NCBI GenBank assembly: GCA_049276635.1
Contig: JBASWU010000068.1
Coordinates: forward strand, 1 to 55,185
Direction of reading: 5' to 3'
DNA: 55,185 nucleotides
DNA from: Solirubrobacterales bacterium
GTDB lineage: Bacteria; Actinomycetota; Thermoleophilia; Solirubrobacterales; JACPNS01
Positions 47,629 to 55,185 of the stretch are shown in pieces. Each line of letters begins with the position of its first letter. Within the stretch, counting starts at the first letter, position 1. Made by a program: the position numbers and the translations under genes. Below the pieces are notes generated by a model. That model did no database searches and was not told the DNA's origin. It saw only the letters and a program-made list of their open reading frames with translations.

Positions 47629-48666
47629 ATGGATCCGCTGCTCATCTTTTTCGGTTGCGGTGTCGGCCTGCTGGTCGGTATGACCGGAATGGGCGGCGGA
47701 TCCCTGATGACCCCGCTGCTGGTTCTGCTGTTCGGCGTCAAGCCGACGGTCGCGGTCGGCTCGGACATCGCCTACCAGGCGATCACCAAGAGTGTCGGCG
47801 GCGTCAAACACATGCGCCTGCGGACGGTCAACGTCGGCGCGACGCTGTGGCTGGCGCTCGGCAGCCTTCCCGGCGCGATCCTCGGCGTGCGGGTGGTCGA
47901 GTTGATGAAGACCGCCTACGGCGAAGATGTCGAAACCTTCACGCTGATCGCGCTCGGCTGTGTGCTGGCCTTGGTCGGAATCTTCACCTTGACGCGCTCC
48001 CTGCTGTTCCCGAACCATCAGTCAAGCGAAGGCGCCGAGCACCAATCGCTGGTTGGTTGGCAGAAATTCGCCGCCGTCGCGATCGGCCTGACCACCGGAT
48101 TCGTCATCGGCATCACATCGGCCGGCAGCGGTACCGTGATCGCCGTCGCGCTGATCGCGCTATTCAAGATCCCGCCGCGCTACGTAGTCGGCACCGACGT
48201 CTTTCACGCCGCGATGCTGCTTTGGGCGGCCGGTCTCGCCCACTGGGCCGGAGGCAACATCGACTGGGCGCTGACCGGTACGTTGCTGCTCGGGTCGGTT
48301 CCGGGCGTCTGGCTCGGCGCGCATGTCTCGGTTCGCGTGCCCGAGTCCGCGCTGCGCACCGCGCTGGGCGTAGTGCTCGTCGCCAGCTCCGCCGCCACGC
48401 TCGAGAAGGCCGGCGTCGAGTTCGTTCCGGCCGCCCTGATCGGCGTCGCGGCGACGTTCTTCGGTGTGATCTCACTGGCGATTCTCGCCGGCAAGCTCGC
48501 AAATCCTTGGACGGCGCCGGCCGGCGAGGTGTCGACGGCCGGGCGAGCGGCGGTCGCCGGCATTCCGGAAATCGAGTTCGGCATCGATCCGCCGGTCGAA
48601 CCGGCATTCGGCAGTGGCCGCAACGCACGGATGCTTCAGCCCGACGCCATCGAACTGTCACGCTGA
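47629..48666 (+). CDS. TSUP (TauE/SafE, DUF81) family anion permease with a C-terminal extension
   Basis: 345 aa with about 8 TM and the typical GMTGMGGGSLMTPLL start. Last gene of the sulfate operon. Confidence 0.8.
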   Translation: MDPLLIFFGCGVGLLVGMTGMGGGSLMTPLLVLLFGVKPTVAVGSDIAYQAITKSVGGVKHMRLRTVNVGATLWLALGSLPGAILGVRVVELMKTAYGEDVETFTLIALGCVLALVGIFTLTRSLLFPNHQSSEGAEHQSLVGWQKFAAVAIGLTTGFVIGITSAGSGTVIAVALIALFKIPPRYVVGTDVFHAAMLLWAAGLAHWAGGNIDWALTGTLLLGSVPGVWLGAHVSVRVPESALRTALGVVLVASSAATLEKAGVEFVPAALIGVAATFFGVISLAILAGKLANPWTAPAGEVSTAGRAAVAGIPEIEFGIDPPVEPAFGSGRNARMLQPDAIELSR

Positions 48667-48716
48667 CCTCGCGCGACCGGTAATCCGGCGACTCGCCCGA
48701 TAAGCTCTCGCCCTCG

Positions 48717-50483
48717 ATGTTCAGCAAAGTCCTGGTTGCAAACCGCGGCGAGATCGCCATTCGCGTATTTCGCGCACTACGGGAGCTGGATATCCAGTCG
48801 GTCGCCGTCTACTCCGAAACCGACGCCGACACGCCGTTCGTCCGTTACGCCGACGAGGCCTACGCGCTCGGCGACGGCCCGGCCTCAGAGACTTATCTCG
48901 TAATCGACAAGATCATCGACGTCGCCAAACGCAGCGGCGCCGAGGCGATCCACCCCGGTTACGGCTTTCTCGCCGAGAACTCGGCGTTCGCCCAGGCCTG
49001 TGAGGACAACGACATCGTCTTCATCGGCCCACCGGCCAGCGCAATCGACTCGATGGGCTCCAAGACCAAGGCGCGCGAGCTGATGAAGGCCGCCGGAGTG
49101 CCGATCGTCCCCGGAACGACCGACCCGGTCGAAACAGTCGAGGACGCGAAGAAGATCATCGACGCCGAAATCGGCTACCCGATCGCCGTCAAGGCCGCCG
49201 GTGGTGGCGGCGGCAAGGGCTTTCGCGTCGCCCTGACCGCCGACGAGCTGCAGGACGCCTTCGAAGGCGCCGCCCGGGAGGGCGAGAAGTTCTTCGGCGA
49301 CGCAACCGTTTATCTCGAGCGCTACCTGCCCAACCCCCGCCACGTCGAGGTCCAGATCATCGCCGACAACGCCGGCAACATCGTTCACCTCGGCGAGCGC
49401 GACTGCTCGGTCCAGCGCCGTCACCAGAAGCTGATCGAGGAAGCGCCCGCGCCGGCGGTCGACGAGGCGCTGCGCGAGCGCATGGGCGAGATCGGCATCG
49501 AGGCCGCGCGCGCCGTCGGCTACCGCTCGGCCGGCACGATCGAAGGGCTGCTGCAAGACGGGGAGTACTACTTCCTCGAAATGAACACCCGTGTTCAGGT
49601 CGAGCACACGGTCACCGAGGAGGTCACCGGCATCGACATCGTCAAGGAGCAGATCAGCGTCGCCGCCGGCAACCCGCTGAGCTTCGGCCAGGACGCCGTG
49701 ACGATCACCGGCCACGCGATTGAGTGCCGGATCAACTTCGAGGACGCGGCAAAGAATTTCGCTCCCGCCCCCGGCAAGATCAGCGTCTACCGTGAGCCCT
49801 CCGGCCCGGGCGTGCGCGTCGACAGCGGGGTTGTCGCCGGCAGCGAGGTCTCGCCGATGTACGACCCGATGGCCGCCAAGCTGATCGTCCGCGACAAAGA
49901 CCGCGCCACGGCGACCAAGCGCATGATTCGCGCGCTGCGCGAGTTCGAGATCGACGCCAAGACGCTGATCCCCTTCCACATCGGCCTGCTCGCCAGCGAC
50001 CAGTGGGCCAACGAGGAGACCTGCAAGGACCTCACCGAGGACAAGGACTGGCTCAAGCAGTTCGCTTTTGACACCGCCCTCCCGCCGGCCGACGAAGCCG
50101 GCGAGGCAGAGAAGGTCGAGAAGAAGTACATGGTCGAGGTCTCGGGCAAGCGCTACGACGTCAAGGTCGTCGGCGAAGCCAACGGATTCGCCGGCGGCGG
50201 GCCGGGGCCAGCGGCGGCGAAGAAGCCCAAACGCGCGGCGCGCGCGGGCGCCTCCGGCAATGGCGCCTCCGGCGAGGCGCTGATATCACCGCTGCAGGGC
50301 ACGGTGCTCAAGGTCGCCGTCGAGCAGGGCGCCGAGGTCGGCGAAGGCGACGTGATCTTTATCATCGAGGCGATGAAGATGGAGAACGAGATCACCGCCC
50401 ACCGCGCCGGCAAGGTCGAAGAACTCGGCGCCGCCGAAGGCGCATCGGTCTCGGCCGGCGACACGCTGGCGATCATCAGGTAG
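48717..50483 (+). CDS. Acetyl/propionyl-CoA carboxylase alpha subunit (biotin carboxylase plus BCCP)
   Basis: 588 aa. KVLVANRGEIAIRVFRA, ATP-grasp GGGGKG, and the C-terminal biotinyl motif EAMKMENEI. Confidence 0.93.
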   Translation: MFSKVLVANRGEIAIRVFRALRELDIQSVAVYSETDADTPFVRYADEAYALGDGPASETYLVIDKIIDVAKRSGAEAIHPGYGFLAENSAFAQACEDNDIVFIGPPASAIDSMGSKTKARELMKAAGVPIVPGTTDPVETVEDAKKIIDAEIGYPIAVKAAGGGGGKGFRVALTADELQDAFEGAAREGEKFFGDATVYLERYLPNPRHVEVQIIADNAGNIVHLGERDCSVQRRHQKLIEEAPAPAVDEALRERMGEIGIEAARAVGYRSAGTIEGLLQDGEYYFLEMNTRVQVEHTVTEEVTGIDIVKEQISVAAGNPLSFGQDAVTITGHAIECRINFEDAAKNFAPAPGKISVYREPSGPGVRVDSGVVAGSEVSPMYDPMAAKLIVRDKDRATATKRMIRALREFEIDAKTLIPFHIGLLASDQWANEETCKDLTEDKDWLKQFAFDTALPPADEAGEAEKVEKKYMVEVSGKRYDVKVVGEANGFAGGGPGPAAAKKPKRAARAGASGNGASGEALISPLQGTVLKVAVEQGAEVGEGDVIFIIEAMKMENEITAHRAGKVEELGAAEGASVSAGDTLAIIR

Positions 50484-50485
50484 GC

Positions 50486-50501
50486 GCACCGCGCGCGGTG
50501 C
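50486..50501 (+). terminator. 16-bp perfect GC palindrome directly after the carboxylase alpha gene stop
   Basis: gcaccgcgcgcggtgc begins 3 nt after the stop. There is no U-tract, so intrinsic-terminator function is uncertain. Confidence 0.3.
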
Positions 50502-50595
50502 CCAGTACAACTACCCGCGCCGGCACGCCGGTCTCGGTGAGAACGCCGCACACGTCGCGCAGACCATTTCGGTCTGCCCCAGCGAGAAGCCTCTT

Positions 50596-50960
50596 ATGTC
50601 GATCACAGCCATCGCGCGCAGGCCACATGAGATTTTTGTCGTTGCAGTCGCCTGCCTTGCCGTGCTCGCGACGAACGCGGACGCGCGGACCATCGAATCG
50701 GTATCAGTTACCCCGATCATCGACGCCGCTGTCAATCCGGTCGTGCCCGTTGGGCTGCCGACCACGTCGGCTCCAGTCAATCTCAACGTGGAACTCCGGT
50801 GGTTCCATCTTCCGAGGACGACACCGGACCGGCGACCGAGGCGATCCTAAACCAGCCTCGGGCGCTCGCCGTCGGACTCGACGGGTCGTTATTCATTGGC
50901 GACACCGGTAACACCAGAATTTGCCGCGTTGATCTGAACGGAAACCTCGAAACGACCGCA
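50596..50960 (+). pseudogene. Secreted NHL-repeat protein remnant (frameshifted and truncated)
   Basis: Signal-peptide-like start (IFVVAVACLAVLATNADA) in one frame. A single NHL-type repeat (PRALAVGLDGSLFIGDTGNTRICRVDLNGNL) lies in another frame (ORF 50799..), with nothing beyond it. Confidence 0.35.
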
Positions 50961-51189
50961 GAGGTGAGACCGCGAAGGCGCTTATCCCTTTCGTGCAGGG
51001 GGGGTAGGATTACTGCGTGCACCGAAAAACGGGTACGAGCGGTATGTCTGAGCATCGTCAAAACGCGCTCATCGGCGCAGGTGCAGCGTTGATGACGAGC
51101 GGCTTGGCATCGGCGGGCACACTTCCAGGAAACCACCTGAAGTCGCAGCCGATAGGCCGCGAACATCGGGCCGATCGGCCAGACAGCCA

Positions 51190-51248
51190 CTGCGAATCCA
51201 CCACCTTCATGCTGCGAATCCACCACGCATACGCTGCGAATCCACCAC
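51190..51248. repeat. Three direct repeats CTGCGAATCCACCAC with 22-bp periodicity, upstream of the DUF4143 ATPase
   Basis: Copies at 51190-51204, 51212-51226 and 51234-51248. Copies 1 and 3 extend to CTGCGAATCCACCACCTT. TAGTCT at 51256-51261 is followed by 6 nt and then the ATG. Confidence 0.8.
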
Positions 51249-51267
51249 CTTGAGCTAGTCTTGTGCC

Positions 51268-52518
51268 ATGAGGGCGACCGTTGCCAGGCACATCAAGCCG
51301 CGAGTGCTCGAGGCTCTAAGCGATACACGCATCGTCGTTGTCCAGGGTGCCCGCCAGGTCGGCAAGACCACCCTCATCCGGCAGATCACCGACGAACTGG
51401 GAGGCCGGCTGGTCAGCTTTGATGACGAGAACACCCGCCGTGCGGCCGAGGCCGATCCAGTTGATTTTCTCTCCCAGAACCCCGACGGGCTGCTGACCGT
51501 CGATGAGGTGCAGCGGGTACCCGAATTAGTGCTCGCCCTAAAACTCGTCGTTGACCGCGATCCGCGGCCGGGGCGGTTCTTGCTGACCGGATCCGCGAAC
51601 CTTCTGCGGCTGCCGGCTGCCGGCGACAGTCTGGCCGGTCGGGCCGAGAGTGTCGAACTGCACGGCTTCAGCCAAGGTGAGATGACCGGACACCGCGAGC
51701 AGTTCATCGACCGGCTTCTGGCGGGTGACCGATTCTTCGGCCATTCGACCAAGCTCTCGCGCCACGACTACCTCGAGCGCGCCACGGCGGGAACCTACCC
51801 GGAGGCCGTCAGTCGTCCAACCGAGCGACGCCGCACTCAGTGGCTCGACAACTACGTAGCGCGGATCGTCGAACGCGATGCCCCCGATATCTCCGGCTCG
51901 CATCGCCTGGCCGATCTCCCGCTTGTCCTGCGTGCCCTCGCCGCCAGAAACGGCAATGAACTAAATATCACCGACGTATCGAAAGAAACCGGAATCCCCG
52001 CGAGCAGCCTCACGCGACTGATCGATCTGCTGGAGGCTCTCTATCTCGTGCAGCGAATTCCGGCGTGGTCGACCAATCTCTCCAAGCGGGTCGTCTCCCG
52101 CCCGAAGGCAGCCCTGCTCGACACCGGCCTGGCGGCGCGTCTGATCAATATCTCCGCAACCGGGGCAGCTCCCCCAAACTACGCCGAAGCGGCGGGACAC
52201 ATCCTCGAAGGGTTCGTTGCAGGAGAGATCAGGCGTCAGCGAGGTTGGGCAAACGAGACTGTGCGCATCAGCCATTTCCGTGACCGCTCTGCTGGAGAGG
52301 TCGACCTGATTCTCGAAACCGCCGACGGACGAGTCGCGGGCATTGAGGTGAAGGCGACCGCCACGGTGACCGCGGCTGACACCCGCTGGCTCGCCGGTCT
52401 CAGAGACCGGCTCGGCGCACGATTCAGCGGTGGCGTCGTTCTCCACTCCGGCAGCGCAAGTGTGCCATTCGGCGACCGCATCACCGCGGCGCCGATCGAC
52501 ATTCTCTGGACCGCATGA
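51268..52518 (+). CDS. AAA ATPase with a DUF4143-type C-terminal domain (AAA_14/DUF4143 family)
   Basis: 416 aa. Walker A GARQVGKTT, Walker B-like LLTVDEVQ, and a C-terminal PD-(D/E)xK-like GEVDLILE...GIEVKAT. Confidence 0.85.
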   Translation: MRATVARHIKPRVLEALSDTRIVVVQGARQVGKTTLIRQITDELGGRLVSFDDENTRRAAEADPVDFLSQNPDGLLTVDEVQRVPELVLALKLVVDRDPRPGRFLLTGSANLLRLPAAGDSLAGRAESVELHGFSQGEMTGHREQFIDRLLAGDRFFGHSTKLSRHDYLERATAGTYPEAVSRPTERRRTQWLDNYVARIVERDAPDISGSHRLADLPLVLRALAARNGNELNITDVSKETGIPASSLTRLIDLLEALYLVQRIPAWSTNLSKRVVSRPKAALLDTGLAARLINISATGAAPPNYAEAAGHILEGFVAGEIRRQRGWANETVRISHFRDRSAGEVDLILETADGRVAGIEVKATATVTAADTRWLAGLRDRLGARFSGGVVLHSGSASVPFGDRITAAPIDILWTA

Positions 52519-53140
52519 GCATGGAGCTGCCCGTGACTGATATTGAATCTTCCGGCGGTCTCGACACTCCTGCCACTCAGAGCCCCAGCCAACCAGGTAC
52601 GAGCCGATCGCGGTCAGTTGCGAGAGCACGGTTGTCGCAGAGTTCATTCAGGATCCCGCGAAGGGGACCGATCCGCGGCACGACGGCCGCTGGAGTGAAA
52701 AACAGATCGCGCGCGCGGGTCATTCTGCTTAACCCGCCGGACGAGAGTCGTTGATGCCCATTACCGCGAGACCGCTGAGATGTGGACCGGTGAATACGGT
52801 TTTAGGAAGGCGAGCAAAGCTGCTGACGGAGGCCCGAATGATGGCGACCGCACGCGTCTCTGGGCGCCACTGCGAGACCCGGCCTGACGCTGGTACGACG
52901 TTGGTCGACGGTGCGGCTATGCGTGAACGACTGTTCGCTGATGCTGCTTCCACGCCGCTTTGACGTGTTGTGTTTCCGGATACGCATGTTCCCGGATGTC
53001 TATCGATCAAACCGCGGACCGTGTGAAGCCTCCCTGTTGAGAACGGCAACTGCGACAGACCACACCAAGACCCATTGTTTGCCTACCGCCCGGCGTCGGG
53101 CTATCTGAGTGCGACAACGCGGTGGGGCGACCCTGCCGAG

Positions 53141-54256
53141 CTAAGCCGCAGGGTGCTGCCTCTGCTGGGCGGGCGGCTGAGGGACGCCCGGCGGCGCGAA
53201 CGGATCAGACGGAACCACGCGCGGCTGCGGCGGCGGGGCGAACGGATCCGGTGGAACCACCCGCTGCTGCGGCTGCGGGGCGAACGGGTCAGGTGGAACG
53301 ACCCGTTGCGGCGGCGGCGCGAAGGGATCCGCCGGGACCGGCGGCGGCGCATTCGCCACGCCCGTCATCTGGGCCGGCGCCGCGTATCCGGCCGGTTGCC
53401 ACTGTGTCGCGCCGGCCGGCTGTGGCTGCCCGTAGGCCGGCGGCGCACCAGGAACCGTGTCCGCCGGAGCCTCAAGCGCAAACTCCTCGCCGCTGGCGAT
53501 CCGTGCCCGCCGGCGCAGTTCCTCCAGATAGTCGCGATCGACGACGAGCATCACCAGCCCGGCTCCGGCGGCAAAACCGCCGAAGTGCGCGAAATATGCG
53601 ACCCCGCCGCCGCCGAAAGACGCAAGCGTGAAGTACGCCTGCAGCACCTGGAGGCCCATCAGAATGCCGATCAGCCAGGCCGCTTTTATCCAGCCCCACA
53701 AGAACGGCAGCGGCGGAATCACCCAGGTGAAGATTTTCGCCCGCGGATAGGTCATCAGGTAGCCGCCCATCACCGCCGAGATCGCGCCTGACGCGCCAAG
53801 CACCGGGATCATCGAGCCGGGCTCGAACAGCAGGTGGCCGAGCATCGCCCCGAGCCCGCCGATGACGTAGAAGAGCGAGTATGCGAGGCGACCCAGCCCC
53901 AGCTCGAGCGCCATCCCGAAGACAAACAGAAAGATCATGTTTCCGAGCAGGTGGGCGAAGTTGATATGCATGAACATCGACGTGAAGATGGTCCCTACGG
54001 TCGATGGGAACTCGACCCCGTAACTGGACTCCATCACAGCCGCCTTGTCGCAGCGGAACGAGACCGCGCTCGCCGGCGCGCACTGGGTGCCGGGGTGGGT
54101 GATCTCGTACGGGACGGCGCCGTGCAGAACGATCGTGCGATCGTCGACGCTGCCGCCGCCCTCCCAGCCGAAAAACACCAGGCAGTTGATCACGATCAAC
54201 GCGATCGTGAGGATCGGGAGGTCGACCATCTTCAGATTGTCTTTCAGCGGAAGCAT
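53141..54256 (-). CDS. Rhomboid-family intramembrane serine protease with a Pro-rich repeat tail
   Basis: 371 aa. MFMHINFAHLLGNM, catalytic GASGAISAVMG and FAHFGGFAAGAG. Followed by a cytoplasmic Pro-rich C-terminus. Confidence 0.9.
   Translation of the reverse strand: MLPLKDNLKMVDLPILTIALIVINCLVFFGWEGGGSVDDRTIVLHGAVPYEITHPGTQCAPASAVSFRCDKAAVMESSYGVEFPSTVGTIFTSMFMHINFAHLLGNMIFLFVFGMALELGLGRLAYSLFYVIGGLGAMLGHLLFEPGSMIPVLGASGAISAVMGGYLMTYPRAKIFTWVIPPLPFLWGWIKAAWLIGILMGLQVLQAYFTLASFGGGGVAYFAHFGGFAAGAGLVMLVVDRDYLEELRRRARIASGEEFALEAPADTVPGAPPAYGQPQPAGATQWQPAGYAAPAQMTGVANAPPPVPADPFAPPPQRVVPPDPFAPQPQQRVVPPDPFAPPPQPRVVPSDPFAPPGVPQPPAQQRQHPAA
53189..53329 (-). repeat. Tandem in-frame coding repeats (about 39-42 nt units, 3.5 copies) in the rhomboid C-terminus
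   Basis: Protein units DPFAPPPQRVVPP / DPFAPQPQQRVVPP / DPFAPPPQPRVVPS / DPFAPP. The DNA shows repeated gcgaacggatc...ggaaccac blocks. Confidence 0.8.
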
Positions 54257-54344
54257 GGCTACTCAGTTCTGACATCGGCCGTGTGGGCGAAAACTAAACA
54301 CTCGCCAGCGGGTCCGCGGCGGGCGGTGCGCCAGACTTAGCGCG

Positions 54345-55185
54345 ATGAAGCCCTCGGTCACCCGCGACATCCGCGTGCTCTTTCCGCTGCCGATCGCGAC
54401 GATCGCGTCGCAGTCGAGCATGGCCAGCCTGCCACCGCTGTTCGTGCAGATGAGCCGGGAGTTCGGTGTCTCGGTCGGTTCGATCGGACTCGTGCGAGCG
54501 GTCAGCGCGGCGAGCGCGGTGCTCTGCACGCTGCTGGTCGGCGGTTGGATTCACCGCAACGGCGCGCGTCAGGTGATGATCGCCGGCGGAGCGTTTGCCG
54601 CCGGCGGCGCGCTGATCTGCGCGCTCGCGCCGGAGCTGGTGGTGCTCGCGCTCGGCCAGGCAATCGTCGGCATCGGCATCTGCTGCCTGCTGTCGAGCGG
54701 CTTCGCCGGCGCCGGCGAGTTTTTCGCGCCGGAGGCCCGCGACTGGGCGGTCGGCTGGATCGTCGCGCTGCAATCGCTGGCCTGGATCGTCGGCGTGCCG
54801 CTCGTCGGACTGCTGGCCGACCACGTCGGTTGGCGCGCCGCCTTTGCGGTCCCGGTCGCCTTCTCGCTGATCGCGATGCTCAGCGCGATGCTGTTCGCGC
54901 CGAAGATTGGACGCGATGCCAAGGCGGTCGACGAGCGCTCGGGCCTGCTGGCGGCGCTCGCCGACGGTCCGGCGCGGCGCTGGACGCTCGGGGAGCTGCT
55001 GGCCTTCGCGATCTGGACGGCCGAGATCACCTACGTCGCCGCCTTTTACATCGAGACCTACGGCCTGTCCGAGTCGGTCGTCGGCATTCTGCTTCCGACC
55101 GGGTCGCTGACCTTCCTGATCGGTTCGGCTCTGGCCGAGCGCGTGGGCCAGAGATACTCGCGCGCCGCGGTGCTGACCGGGGCGG
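54345..55185 (+). CDS. MFS transporter (partial, runs off the window end)
   Basis: Hand translation from ATG 54345 gives MKPSVTRDIRVLFPLPIATIASQSSMASLPPLFVQMSREFGVSVGSIGLVRAV... It has successive TM helices and stays open to nt 55185. It is not in the ORF track because no stop lies within the window. Confidence 0.75.
   Translation, partial: MKPSVTRDIRVLFPLPIATIASQSSMASLPPLFVQMSREFGVSVGSIGLVRAVSAASAVLCTLLVGGWIHRNGARQVMIAGGAFAAGGALICALAPELVVLALGQAIVGIGICCLLSSGFAGAGEFFAPEARDWAVGWIVALQSLAWIVGVPLVGLLADHVGWRAAFAVPVAFSLIAMLSAMLFAPKIGRDAKAVDERSGLLAALADGPARRWTLGELLAFAIWTAEITYVAAFYIETYGLSESVVGILLPTGSLTFLIGSALAERVGQRYSRAAVLTGA

Noticed and set aside
51017-51253. 78-aa ORF covering the three direct repeats upstream of the ATPase.
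   Set aside because: Its C-terminal third is merely the translation of the repeats, and the rest has no coding features. The repeats are better explained as non-coding regulatory DNA.
52515-52754. 79-aa ORF overlapping the ATPase stop as ATGA, considered as a coupled partner gene.
   Set aside because: The sequence is Ser/Arg/Pro-rich and low-complexity, with no hydrophobic core or motif. It is probably not coding.
1-55185. Scan for CRISPR arrays, rRNA genes and additional tRNAs.
   Set aside because: I saw no regularly spaced 25-40-bp repeats with unique spacers and no rRNA-like segments. The only cloverleaf I could fold is tRNA-Gln at 20037-20108. The repeat clusters I did find (9846, 41419, 51190, 53189) are too short or are coding.

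Overview
This is a high-GC chromosomal window that looks like Actinomycetota (glmU-prs with a nearby tRNA-Gln, many 4-nt ATGA gene overlaps, some apparently leaderless starts). About 50 genes are supportable.

Main blocks:
1. 0-10 kb: housekeeping and miscellaneous genes. These are a DsrE-like protein, RecQ, an esterase, a frameshifted DUF4153-like membrane gene, a DEAD-box helicase with an N-terminal Ser/Gly/Arg tail, and a duplicated TM-GGDEF-TM-GGDEF cyclase.
2. 10-19 kb: a soluble di-iron monooxygenase (SDIMO) locus in the order alpha, reductase, beta, coupling protein. SCP2, Zn-ADH and ALDH genes precede it on the same strand. An antisense FmdB-type zinc-ribbon gene is embedded in it, and a GAF-LuxR regulator is transcribed divergently.
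3. 19-24 kb: SRAP peptidase, tRNA-Gln(UUG), a VOC protein, a flavodoxin-like reductase, glmU and prs.
4. 24-31 kb: a cell-envelope glycan cluster (GT4, Wzy_C/O-antigen-ligase-like protein fused to TPR, methyltransferase, WbaP-type priming transferase, UDP-xylose synthase).
5. 32-39 kb: a methylmalonyl-CoA mutase catalytic subunit, SRPBCC proteins, a BacNaV-like voltage-gated channel with a non-canonical filter, and pccB.
6. 39.3-41.2 kb: a lower-GC scar of decayed IS/integrase fragments that truncates an OCD/AlaDH-family gene. It is followed by an intact AbiEi-like/Fic fusion protein.
7. 43-50.5 kb: a sulfate assimilation operon (sirA-cysH-cysC-sat-TSUP permease), then a biotin carboxylase/BCCP subunit.
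8. 50.5-55.2 kb: a second decayed region with an NHL-repeat gene fragment and a DUF4143 AAA ATPase preceded by three phased direct repeats, then a rhomboid protease with a tandem Pro-rich tail and a partial MFS transporter.

I saw no CRISPR array, no rRNA and no intact transposase.

The items most worth follow-up are:
- the atypically organised SDIMO locus together with the propionyl-CoA-to-succinyl-CoA genes in the same window;
- the AbiEi-like/class II Fic fusion with repeat-rich promoter;
- the iteron-like repeats in front of the DUF4143 ATPase;
- the variant BacNaV filter;
- the Wzy_C-TPR glycan cluster.

All family calls come from by-eye motif recognition, not database searches.
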